Shown: positions 24,503 to 36,782 of the stretch, one piece after another
How the letters are laid out: the number at the start of each line of letters is the position of its first letter
How positions within the stretch are numbered: the stretch's first letter is position 1
NCBI GenBank assembly: GCA_017499595.2
Contig: CM039003.1
Coordinates: 1,054,001-1,118,000, forward strand
Direction: 5' to 3'
DNA from: Psilocybe cubensis
Lineage: Eukaryota
Length of the DNA stretch: 64,000 nt
Notes under the pieces: model-generated
What the model was told of the DNA's origin: nothing
The model's input: only the letters and a program-made list of their open reading frames with translations
The model's database searches: none
Program-made: the position numbers and the translations under genes

Positions 24503-26037
24503 CTAAGTCGAAGCGTTTTTTGGAGGCGGTCTGATGGGCTGCAAAGCAGGCATCTTGTCGAAATTGGCAGTGGCGGTAAACCCGCGAATGTAGTGCGTGC
24601 CAACACCCTATTATGCATATACCGATAAATCACAATTACACTCGGGAATGCAGAGAATAAAGCAGACGCACGATAATGTTCGATGGGAAGCCGGGGTCGA
24701 AGGGGACAATGCTCTCGAGGTACTTGATTTGCTCGTCCGAGAGCGATATGTCCAGCGCTTCGAGGTTCTGGATCAGATGCTCGACTTTCCGTCCCCCAAT
24801 GATAGGAAACACATAGGGTGTTTTCTGCATCAGGTACGCGATTGCCACTGCGAAATATACAAATGAGAAACTTGAAGGGTTGGTAGACATCAAGTAGCGG
24901 GAAACTATAGCTTACCGGCAGTGATAGATTTGGTCCCTACTTCGCCTACGACTTTCTCCAGAGCGGCGCAGACGAGTTTTTCCTTCTCGGTGCGTTTCCA
25001 GTCGCCAAATACACCGCGCCCATTCTCTCCACTGGCCTCTCGCTTCTGCTCTTCCTCGTCCGTGCGGAATTTACCAGCAGCGAGGACGTTCCAAGGCGCC
25101 AGTGCCATTCCTGCATTATCAATATGAGGGCGGGAATTTTATTTTTGTAGGTAGTGAATTGTATACCCTCTGCTCTGGCCATTGGGATGATCTCCCTTTC
25201 TAGAGCTCTGTCCATCAGATTCCATGCACCTTGGTAGACGGAGAACTGGGTCAGCGCATGATCGCGCGCGTATTGGTTGGCTCTCGCGACGACCCACGCA
25301 GGCATATCAGACGCGCCCTTATAACAAACAACAAACTCGTCAATCAATTATCCCAAAGGCAATTTCATCGCACTTGAAAAAAAAATCAACGTTACTTTAC
25401 CAGATACAAAACTTTATCCTGCACCACCAATTTATGCAGACTCTGCATAACCTCCTCGACGCTCGTCTCCCAGTCCCAGAAGTGGACGTACAGCAGATCG
25501 ATATAGTCCGACCGGAAGTTTTCTAGGGACCGTGCGACGGAGAGCCGGAGTGATTTCGCGTTGTTCCCGACGAAGAGCGGCTTTTGTGTGGGCATCGATG
25601 CGTCGCGCAGGTGGATGTTCTGTGTGTACTTTGTCGCGAGGAACAGTCTGTCGCGGATCCCGCGCTTCTCTGCCCATTCGCCGATGATGCGCTCGGAGGA
25701 GCCGTCTTGGCTGTGGAATATGAAGAAAAAAAAGAGAGAAAAAAATTCAGTATGAATGACCTACGGTGCATTGGGTGCATTGGGTGGGGGGATTAAACAA
25801 GACGCACTAGACGTTCGCGGTATCGATAAAGTTTCCGCCGTGATCAAAGAACGCGTCGAGGAGCTTAAAACTCGATTCTTTGTCCATGGAGCCCATACCG
25901 AGCTCCGTCCATTGGTCGCCGATACTCATCCCTCCAAGCTGGATGGGCGAGACGTGCACGCCGGCCGTCGGGGAGAGCAAGCGGTAGCGCGCGAGCGAGG
26001 ACTCGGGCGGCGCGCAGGGTTCGAAGAGCGAAGGCAT
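24503..26037 (-). CDS. Aryl-alcohol dehydrogenase (aldo-keto reductase) copy B
   Basis: Full exon set: [46 protein letters not shown]. Confidence 0.92.
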
Positions 26038-26117
26038 TCTTGCTGCTGCTGCTGCTGCTGTTGTTGTTGTTGTTGATTTTTTTTTTCTCTTTTGGAGTGG
26101 TTGGCAATCGATATGTA

Positions 26118-26709
26118 AGATTGGGCTCATCAGAAACCAGCACCCTTACGTAATCAATGGGCTTGGCGCCAAGAGCGGCCAAAATCCAGCTCGAAAAAAA
26201 AATCAAAAGTTATGTTGACGGAAAATGGTTTCAGACAAAAAGTTTAAAAAAAAAAAATTCATAAATGTGCATATACAATCCTTACTACTAGCCTTTATGC
26301 CCACAATAATAGAATTACACCTCAGAGGTCAAATTGTAGTCTCTGGAAGTCCATAATGAGTCTGAGAGGTATTACTTAGGCGTGACTTATTGTCACGTGT
26401 GGTCACGTGTACCATTATATAAGCGGCCAAAAGAACATTGTCAAATTTTCGAAAATCTCCCAAACTCGAGAAAACACCATTTCTGACGTGTTAGACTAAA
26501 AAAAAAGGAAAAAAATTAAAATCTTTATAACTTCTTGAGATCAAAATTTTTTTGAAAAAAAAAACCACAGATGTGTTCAAAGAAGCATAACCTACATATC
26601 TGTGGTTCAAAAATGTAGAATAGTGTGAGTGCAGAAGGGTTGAAAAGGTTCGGAGGTAAGCCAACTTTTGCTTACCTAAGGGGGTGCTGGTTCCTGATGA
26701 GCCCAATCT
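26118..26709. mobile_element. MITE / non-autonomous TIR DNA transposon (about 592 bp) with TA target duplication
   Basis: Left TIR AGATTGGGCTCATCAGAAACCAGCACCC (26118-26145) matches the reverse complement of 26682-26709 at 27/28; TA at 26116-17 and 26710-11; AT-rich non-coding interior. Confidence 0.85.
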
Positions 26710-26731
26710 TAGATGCTGGGACCTCCTTTTA

Positions 26732-26748
26732 TTTATACTCCAGCGCAA
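26732..26748 (-). promoter_or_regulatory. Probable TATA box of AAD copy B, displaced by the MITE
   Basis: Minus strand reads TTGCGCTGGAGTATAAA, matching TTGCGCTGGGAGTATAAA at 34141-34158 upstream of copy C. Confidence 0.65.
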
Positions 26749-28200
26749 ATGCAGGGTTCCCGAATCCCCAATATGGGAGATGGAGCAGGTCAGCCGCCTC
26801 CCTGATAACGCACACTGCACATTGCACATTACAGATACATAATCAGCGTGGGCACGGTACCGGTCCAGGTGTCGTCCAAAACCCTATGGAGCCTGTGGGG
26901 AATGCGCGTAATGCCATTATTGTCGAATAGTCGGGTTTCGGATTCCATTTCCATTTCCATTGTTCAACTGTATTAACATCATATCAAGTTTGATGTGACT
27001 TGACTCTTGTGTCTCTCATGAATCGTTTCTGTCCGGCGCGAAGGCGTGGTTATAGTTATGAGGTAATACCTCTTGGATAAATCAGGCGTATACTATGATG
27101 TACTTGCGAGTTACTCCTCCTCCTCCGGTCCCGGGGCCCCGTTTCCCTTTCCCTTTCCCTTTGGGCACCTGTGTGCTGGAGATTTGTCAGTTACAGTTCA
27201 AGTTGTGCATAGTAGAAATTGAGATTGAGAAAGACGGAGCGCCCGAGTCAGTCGAGAGTCGAGTGATGTTCGAATGAAGAGCTTTAGCTGATCGCTGCTA
27301 GTGAGAGCCAGTGAGCGACTGATCAGCCAGTTGAGTGTACTGTGCACCGGAACGCGTTATCGTTATCGAAGCGCTGACGCGTCCCCGCGCCGAGATTCGA
27401 GATTCGAGATTCGAGATTCAAGAAGCACTGGCAACGTGGTAAAAAAGAAAAAAGGAAAACAAATCATGAGCGCCACTCCCGAATTCCTACGTGAAAACGC
27501 TATTGTAAAGTGCTCATTTATTCCGATGGTCATTGATGCAGATGCTTAGACAAAAAGGATCAAAGCTCGCGTTCAGATCTCAGAGATGAAGGTGAAAGGG
27601 TAAAAAGCGAGGGGAGGGGAAGAAAGCATCATGACGTCATCGAATCTCATGGCCTACCTTCTCTCTGAATCAAGTGAAGTACGAAAAACAAGTCGCGATC
27701 GAGTCGAACTGCAGGACACGACAGCTCAGGACAGAACAGCTCCCGTTGAAGACTAGAAAAAAATTCAAAGTTGTCATACACTCTGCTCTGGACTAAACTA
27801 ACAAGTAAAAGTAAAAGTAAAAGTAGAACTAAAGAAAAGAAAGAAAGAGAGACAAAAAAAAAGTAAAACAGAAAAAAGGACTCAAAAGAACCAAAGACTC
27901 AAAAGACCAGACAAAATATATAAAAATTATCGAAGATGGTTTTACAAACAAACAAAAAAAACCAAAATTTGGTTCATAGGAAGGACGGAATCGAGAATCG
28001 AATGGATGGATGGATGGATGGAGGTGGGAGTGGGAGTGGGAGTGATGAGACTGAAAGGACGAATATTTTGTTTTTTTAAAAAAGGTATCGATACTCGTAT
28101 AGGCAGTGGTGGTGGTGGTTGGGGGTGAAGAGGAGAAGGAAGTATACAAATCCCATCCCATCCCATCTCATCCCATCTCATGGCGACAAGACAAATAGAC

Positions 28201-30639
28201 TCACGCACCCCCCGCACCCGCACTCATCGGCGGCGCCCCCCCACCCCCCTCCATCCCCATCTTCCTCCTCACAATCTCAAAAGTCTTCAACATCTTCCTC
28301 CTCGCCCCAAGCGCCGCAACACCCTTCGCCTCCAACGCGCCCTCATCCATCACCACCATATCCTGCCACCGACACCCCTCAAAATTCGGCGTGTATTTAT
28401 GCAACCGCAACGAGCGCAGCCACGCCGCGACGTCGTTGAGCAGCGCGGGGTCGACGTCTTCTTCGGATTTGGGGGTCGCGGAGGATGGGCCGTCCGCGGA
28501 GGAGTGGTTGTGTGCGCCGGAGGAGGAGCGCCCGCCGATGGATGAGGCTGAGCGAAGCCCGCCGCCGCCGCCGCCGCTGGTGGAACGCGCGGAAGAAGGC
28601 CCTTTCATCCCGCCGCGCCCTGGACCGCCCACACCAGCACTTCCAAGTCCAGCACTCATAATCCCCGCACTCATAGGCGACATGCCCATCCACCCGGGCT
28701 GCCCCATTCCCATCCCCCCTACACCCATACCCCCACCCATCCCGCCCATCCCCATCCCCTGATTCATCCCCATCCCCTGCCCCATAAACCCACTAGCAGC
28801 CATCTGCGCCGCGAGCATCTGCGCCTCGGGGCTCATATTCATCATGCTCAGCATGTTCATATTAAACGGCGACATGGGCTGCATACCCACGCCCACGCCC
28901 AGCCCGGGCATCCCCACACCGACGCCCATACCCATCGTAGGCGACCCGAGCGCGTTGAACCCTAGCCCATTCATCGAATTAGAGCCAGTGTCCGAGCCAC
29001 CGTCGTTGTTGTTACCGCCGAACCTGTTCGACGCGCTATTTCCCGAATTGTTGTTGTTGCTGTTAAGCCCCGGGCTCCGCCCGTTGCTCCATCCCCCACG
29101 GCGCGCACCGACAGGGTTTCCATTATCATCATACACCTCCCCTCCAGCACCCGCCCCCGCACCATTCTTCGCCCCGCGCTTGTATATCGTCGGGTCGCCC
29201 ATACGGGGCACACCAGGCGCCGCATTCCCATGCCACTCTCCTTTGCCACCGTTGTTGTTGTTGGATGTGGGGGTGTCGGCGCTGGGTTTCGGAGGCTCCT
29301 TCTTGAACATCGGCACAAGCGGCGTCGTCACCATACTCGCCCAACTATCATTCGCAACAGTCGCAGGCGCAGGCGCCGTCGCCTCATTACTATTCCCCGG
29401 GGTGGAATTACCATTACTAGTATTGTTGTTATTGCTGTTGTTCGCAGAGGCATTACCCACAGCGGACGCGCGCGCGGGTGTACCGATAATCTCGACGCTC
29501 TTGGGGCGGGACGCCGTCCCGCTGCCTCCATTACCGCCGTCAAGCGACGTGTTGGCGAGCTGCTCGGACACCTGGCTGAGCAGCGTCGAGGGCCCCCACG
29601 ATGCCCGGCCATCCACGCCCAGTCCACCCGGCGAAGAGAGGACAGGCGCCGAAATACGATGCGCGGCGTTGCTCGCGCGCAGCTTTTCGCGCTGCTGTGC
29701 AAGTTTTGCCGCAGCATCGTTGCCCGTCCCAGCGTTGGCGTTGGAAGCGGTGGTTGGGGTGGACAGCGCGGCGGCCGAGTCCGGGGAGAGGAAGTTGCTG
29801 CCGCTTCCGTCGAGCGCGAGGGACTGGCGGTTGCCTGGGGTGTTAGCCGCCGAGGCCGACGTAGCAGACGCATTGAAAGAGCGCGCGGTGGGCGAGGCAG
29901 GGAGGCCCGATTTGAGGCCCGGAGACTTGATGCTCGCGAGCTTGGCCTCCATCTGGCTTTGCATCGAGCCTATTATTCATATTTTAAGATGATTAGCAGG
30001 GAGTGCGGGAGGAAAAGGAGGAAGGAGGTACCACCCATGGCGGGGCTGAGCAGGGCGGTCATCGGGTCTGACCTGGCCATCTGCTGCAGGACTGTGATGA
30101 AGAAGCGGATTTGGACCTGGGTGGAGTGTTGGAGGAGACTGTAGAGAGCGGCTGTGCGCTCTGCTTCGGAGAGGACTTTGAACCCTATTTGATAATGGTT
30201 CGGTTAGATCAGATATGCGGGGAAGATATGGGAAGGGATGATACGAACATTGCTCGATGGCGCTGAGTTCCTCTTTGAAGTTGACGTCGAGGGAGGCGGC
30301 GGCCATTTCCTCGAGCGTCGCTTCGTAGTTTTGAAGATTTTCAAACCACGCATCCAGCGCCTCGGCTAAAAAAGAAAAAAAAAATGATTAGAATACAAAG
30401 GCGAGTGAGTGGCGTTTTAAGACGGACGGACCTTCGGGGGTTTGGAACATGGCGCCGCCGGAGCCCAGGAGCTCGCTGGTTGGGCGTGCGCTGGACTGGC
30501 CGCCCGGGCGGGGCGAGGCGGGTGCGAGGGTGGGTGTGCCGCGAGAAGAGGGGCCCATGGATTGGCGGGCACTGACCTTGCCGTTCTCGTGGGGCCCGGG
30601 GCTGGGGCTCGGGCTGGTAGAAGGCGGACGAAGACTCAT
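28201..30639 (-). CDS. VTS1: Smaug-family SAM-domain RNA-binding protein Vts1
   Basis: ELSAIEQ-WF N-terminal motif; C-terminal SAM domain [18 protein letters not shown]...[10 protein letters not shown]; long N/G/M-rich low-complexity linker. Confidence 0.92.
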
Positions 30640-31266
30640 CGTATGCGATACGAGGGGTAGAAAGTTGTTACAAAGAGCTTAGAGGGAGGTGGTGTTGAAT
30701 AAAATTTTTCGCTGGGAGGACGTCGAGTCGAGTAGACCTGCTTGGTTGTGTTGTGTTGTGGTGTGGTGGGGTTGTCTTGATTGGTTTGTGGTGAATACAA
30801 AGGGGTGGATTGTGAACAAGGTGCAACGGAGGGAGTCGCAGATGTTCTAGACGAGACCAGCGGAGCCTGCCGGTCTAGCAAAGAGAGATTTCTGGAGAGG
30901 GAAGTGGTCGATGAGAACAAAGCAGTGAGCTGGCTCGTAACGCATCCATATCAACTGTCACAATTCAGTCACATCACCCTCCATCACCGATCTGCCAATC
31001 CCCTCTGGTGGTACTTTGTGCTTCCGAGACTGTAGGACTTTTGTGATCTTCCCGAGCTGGCCGTCAGCGGAATGTTATCTGCGTGAATGCACCCGGGTGG
31101 TCTGTGCATTGGCAGCGACGGGAGAGGATAGAAACGAAATCGAATTCGTGAGAAGCACGCAAAAAAGGGGGTGGTGATCTTAATGATGGGGTTCAATATG
31201 CTTGATACTATAAAAACAGTCCCGCCCCTCCCTCTACATCTGTAATTCCCATTAGTGCTGGTTAAC

Positions 31267-33313
31267 ATGGCTCCTAAATCCAACCACTCGAGTCGCAATG
31301 GCTCCCCGCTGCGCCCTGCATTTGCCGGGACCTCTTCGTACACGCCCGACACGATGTCCGTCGCTGATGAGCTGCACCCCGTCATCCACGCAGGCCGCGT
31401 CGCACTCGTCACCGGCGCTGCAAGCGGCATCGGTCGTGCAGCCGCCATCGAGTTTGCAAAGTGAGCTGTTCTTCTTCGTGTCCATTGTCCTTTATCGCGG
31501 CCCATACTTGACCCGTCAACCACGAGCTGCAAATAACACCCGCATACGGTCTCCATCTTCCTTCTATCTACACATATCTATAGCCTCATCATCACACCTG
31601 ATCCTGATCCCCATCATCCATCCACTGATCACCATCACCCCTGTCCTTATCTCATCTCCCCCCCTCCCCCCTCCCATCCCATCCCATCCACCGCCCCGCA
31701 CCACCTCACCCCTCTCCTCCACACACCACACACCACTAACCACACCCCAACAGACTCGGCCTCAAAGTCGCCATCGCCGACATCTCCGAAGACGCACTCA
31801 CAGAAGTCGGCAAAACTCTCTCCGCCATCGTCGGCGAGCCCAACGTCCTCGTCGTGCCCACCGACGTGTCCAAGCTCGACCAGGTCCGCGCGCTCAGAGA
31901 CCGTGTCTACGAGGCATGGGGCGAGGTGCGTTTTTGCGTTTTTGCGTCTTTGCGTCTTTGCATCTTTCGTTCCCCTGGGATCGATGATGTCATCGTTTTC
32001 GTTCAATCGACCTGACCCCTAACTTGTACGATCCAGGTCGCTGTCCTCATGAACAACGCCGGTATCGGGCTCAAAGGCACCTCCTGGGAAGGCCTCGACA
32101 ACTGGCACAAGATCTTCGAAGTCAACGTCTTCGGGTATGTCTCCTCCCTCTCTCTCTCTTCGTGCTATCCACCACATCCACATCTTACTAACTGATTGAC
32201 TATGCGTATAGTGTGATCAATGTTCAACACACCTTCGTCCCTGTAAGCTCCTTTTTCCCTCCCTTTCAATCTGCCTTCTATCTTCTGGCTATACCAGAAT
32301 ATCACATCCCCATCCGACCTCGGGCGCTTAACGCCTAACTCTTCTCACTCTCCTTTTCCCTCGTTGTTATTTCGTGAATAGCGACTGACGTGACTTGACA
32401 TAACACACCACAGAGCATGCTGCACCAGGAGAACCCCGCGATGGTGATCACGACGGGGTCAAAGCAGGGTATCACAAACCCTCCGTACGTCCCCAGTCTC
32501 CTCATCTCATCTCACTATCTCACCATCTCACCATCTCACTTTACTAACAACATTCCAAAACAACTATGATTCCTTGCATTTTCCATTTTCCTCGCTTTTC
32601 ACGCCTCGTTCGTCGCTTTCTTCCGCTTACCATTCACCCCCCACACATATATATACATCCATGTATAACGCAACACACAAAACACACAATGTAAATAGAG
32701 GCAACGCAGCATACAACGCGTCCAAAGCCGCCGTCAAAAGTCTCACCGAAGGCCTCGCGCACGAGCTGCGCGAGCGCTCGGGGTCGAATATGACTGCTCA
32801 TTTGTTCATGTACGTTTTTTTTTTTTTTTGTTTTTTGTTTTTTGTTTTGTTTTGTTTTTTTTTTTTTTTTTCCTCCGTGGTGGTGGTTGTTGTATTATAA
32901 TGGGCGCTCGCTTAACTGTTCACTGACGCTTATTTAATTTAAACCCTCTTTTCTCATCATCATCACCACCACCACCCCACCACCCCCCACCACCACCCCC
33001 CTACCCACCCAACAGCCCCGGCTGGACATTCACATCCCTAACCTCCCCAACCCCCTCCAACCCCTCCACCAAGCCCGCAGGCGCATGGACACCCGAAGAA
33101 ACCGTCCTCTACATGCTCGACAAGGTCCGCAGCACAGGCGACTTCTACATCCTCGTGCCGGACAACGAGACGAAGCGCGAGGTGGACCAGTTAAGGATTA
33201 TGTGGGGCGCGGCGGATGTGGCGGAGGGCAGGCCCGCGCTGAGTCGGTGGGATGCGAATTGGAAGGCGCTTTATGAGGAGTATGTGAGGGAGGGGTTGGC
33301 GCAGTTGGAGTAG
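31267..33313 (+). CDS. Short-chain dehydrogenase/reductase
   Basis: VALVTGAASGIG, LMNNAG, TGSKQGITNPP, YNASKAAVK across spliced exons. Confidence 0.9.
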
Positions 33314-33431
33314 GGGTAGGGGGTTGGGGTGGGGCGCGGTTGGAGTAGGGGGGCGAGGTTGGAGGAGGGGGGTTGGGTGGGTGCGGGAGTAGGGAGGAGA
33401 TTTTTTTTTGATTTTTGAGTAGATGTAAAGG

Positions 33432-33546
33432 AGGAAGAAGAAGAAGAAGAAGAAGAAGAAGAAGAAGAAATGAATTGAAATGAAATGAAATGAATTGAAT
33501 TGAATTGAACTTGGACTTGGACTTGAAGCTTGAACTTGAACTTGGA
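33432..33546 (+). repeat. Compound microsatellite (GAA)n-(TGAAA/TGAAT)n-(ACTTGG/ACTTGA)n
   Basis: Directly visible tandem arrays downstream of the SDR stop codon. Confidence 0.9.
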
Positions 33547-34288
33547 CATTAGAGCGCACATCTTGGAACTTTGGAACTGAATTCCGCGCGCGCTCTGCCA
33601 TACTTATACTTATTAATAACATCATTAATATGGACTTTGAAAACGCAAAGTCATGATCAGACGCAAAGGTCAAGGTCGAGGTCGAGGTCGAGGTCGAGGT
33701 TTTCGCTGTCAAATTTCGCTGAGTCGCCGGGATCATTGACACCGAGAAGATTCAGAGTCTCACGGGCTATATGATGAAGGAAGGCGCCTTCGAGTTCACG
33801 TTCAATTAATATTAATATTGTTCATGTCGTCATTACAATTAAAATTTTAAAAAAGCAAAAGAAAAGCAAAGACAGAGGCAGAGGCAGAGGCAAAGGCACA
33901 CGTAACGCCTCCGCAGGACCGCAGCACCATAAATAATTTAAAACTTACATTCAACGGAAACGGACCCGTATCCGGATTCGGAGCCGATGTTGAAGTACTA
34001 GTAGAGGTGTGAGGAGAGGAGTTTTGGTGATTTGGAGGGTGGTAGGTAAGGTAGTGGGCACTAGGTGGGTGGTAATTTGCCCACGTACGTTCATCTGCAT
34101 GTGGACTCCAACTGGTTGGCTGGTTGGCTGGGATTTGGACTTGCGCTGGGAGTATAAAGAGCCTTCAAGTTCTCGCATGCTACTAGCCAACTACAAATTA
34201 TCCACCCCAACCATCCAGACACCCTTGAACAACCCCAATACCACCCCACACACATCACATCCCAAACAGCCTATCAACTATAAACAAA

Positions 34289-35866
34289 ATGCCAACCATC
34301 TTCGAACCCTGCGCCCCGCCCGAATCCGCGCTCGCGCGCTACCGCCTCCTATCGCCCACCGCCGGCGTGCACGTCTCGCCGCTCCAGCTCGGCGGGATGA
34401 GTATCGGCGACAAGCAGTGGGAGGAGCTCGGGATGGGGTCCATGGACAAAACCGCGAGTTTTGCGCTCCTCGACAAGTTTTTCGAGCTCGGTGGGAATTT
34501 CATCGATACAGCCAACGTCTAGTGCGTATTTTTTTGGAATGTATTATCACCGTTCGCGATCGCAAAATCCATCCATCCATTCTATCCATCCATCCATCCT
34601 GGATATTTATTAATATTATTAACAATTATCATGTATTGACTGTTTTGCATGATTTAATTTGCGGTATTTTAGCCAGGACGGCTCCTCCGAGCGCATCATC
34701 GGCGAATGGGCAGAGAAGCGCGGGATCCGCGACAGACTCTTCATCGCCACAAAGTACACACAGAACATGCACCTGCGGGACAAAGCGATGCCCACGCAGA
34801 AACCGCTCTTCGTCGGGAACAACGCGAAATCGCTCCGGCTCTCCGTCGCTCGCTCGCTCGAGAATCTGCGCACGGGGTATATTGATTTATTGTATGTCCA
34901 TATTTGGGACTGGGAAACGAGTGTGGAGGAGGTGATGGGGAGCTTGCATAAGTTGGTTATGCAGGATAAGGTGTTGTATTTGGTATGTTGGTTTCTTTGT
35001 CTTTTCTTTTCTTTTTTTTTAGTGTTGATTTGATTTTTGATTTTTGATTTTGTTGGGATAGGGGGTGTCGGATACGCCTGCGTGGGTCGTATCCAGAGCC
35101 AACCAGTACGCGCGCGATCACGCGTTGACGCCGTTTTCCGTCTACCAAGGTGCATGGAACCTGATGGACAGAGCAATAGAACGAGAAATCATCCCGATGA
35201 CTAAAGCAGAAGGTATACCATGTTAACCTACAAAAATAAAATTCTGCCCTCATTTTATATTAATAATGGCAGGAATGGCGCTGGCGCCTTGGAACGTCCT
35301 CGCCGCTGGGAAATTCCGCACGGACGAGGAGGAGAAGAGAAGAGAGGAAAGCGGGGAGCTGGGACGTCGGTTGTTTGGTGATTGGAAACGTACGGAGCAG
35401 GAACGACGCGTCTGTGCCGCGTTGGAGAAAGTCGCTGGGGAGCTAGGCACAAAATCTATCACTGCCGGTAAGAAATGTGTTTTTTCATATGCAGGATAAT
35501 TTTTGCTCATTTGTGTATTTTGCAGTGGCCATTGCGTATCTGATGCAGAAAACACCCTACGTGTTTCCAATTGTCGGCGGACGCAAAGTCGAGCATCTCA
35601 TCCAAAACCTCGAGGCGCTGGAGATATCGCTTTCGGACGAGCAAATCAACTATCTCGAGAGCGTTGTCCCCTTCGACCCTGGGTTCCCTATGAATTTCAT
35701 CGTGCGTCAAGGTCAAGTTTCTCATCAGGGATTCAGAAAGTTGACAATTGTAATGCAATAGGGCTTTGGTATGCACTATATTCGAGAGTTTACTGCCACT
35801 GCGAATTTCGACAAGGTGCCTCCGGTGCAGCCTATTCGACCATCTCCGAAGAACGCGTCGACTTAG
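34289..35866 (+). CDS. Aryl-alcohol dehydrogenase (aldo-keto reductase) copy C
   Basis: Full exon set with the same intron positions as copy B, inverted relative to copies A and B. Confidence 0.92.
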
Positions 35867-36782
35867 GTTCGCCTAGGAATGTTGGGTTTTGTAACAAATT
35901 ATTCGAAAGCGTCTACAGGCTCGGCTGCAGTCATCGGGGCTATTGCCATGATCCGTCGTAATACTGACGTTCACCAGTGGGAGCATCCGGCATGCCGACA
36001 TTGACCTGCCTTTGGTATCACTGTTAAATGAACTTTCTTTAACATAAATGTCATGAAAAAATATTGAAAATGTACGTTGTTAAAGATAGAAGAAGAAGCA
36101 GGATATTATTGATAGAATTGTTTGAGTGAGGATAAGCGCCCATGGGTAAAGTCGTGAGGCACACGTCGCCCATTGACATAGTTCTTCGCTATTTTAGAAT
36201 TAATAATGAGATACGTCCAGGCGCTAAACGGTTCCGTGATTCGTTCGAGTTGCACGACTCGCTGTTGCTGGGATGCGCCAGTGGTCGTCAGGAACACCCG
36301 TCCGAGTGAAGAATCAAGAATGGTGTTCTAAATCAAGAGATGATACTAGATATAGGCGACAGATGTAAGCTGACTAGGATCAGATAAATACGGTTAAATG
36401 GTATAAGAGTCTCCATACCGATTCCGGGGTATCAATTGTCTATTTTCCCCGCGTTTTGAGTTGACCAAAGCGTCCCTTTTACGCGTTGGCCAAGGAATAC
36501 GGCGGCGAAATTCTGATTTTCATTTCTATTGCAGTCAGTGCTGAGCATCGGTTCGGGACTTTGTAGGGTGCAAAAGCTCAAGTTGAAAGGGAGCACAAGA
36601 TGTCTTTTGTCCCTTGCTGAGCACAGAGCGGGCCAACTTCGGCTTTTCACACTGATCGCGGGCGAATTGGCTAAATCTATACGCCGCCCCTATGTGTTCT
36701 CCAGTATTTATGCTTCAGTTCTCTCCGAGGCTGATCCTTCCTCTCTCTAGTACTCACCTACTATCTTCACAGCGCATTCATC

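Noticed and set aside
28844-30144. Long plus-strand ORFs (382 aa and 304 aa) overlapping VTS1
   Set aside because: Antisense shadows of a GC-rich, low-complexity coding exon; no independent motifs
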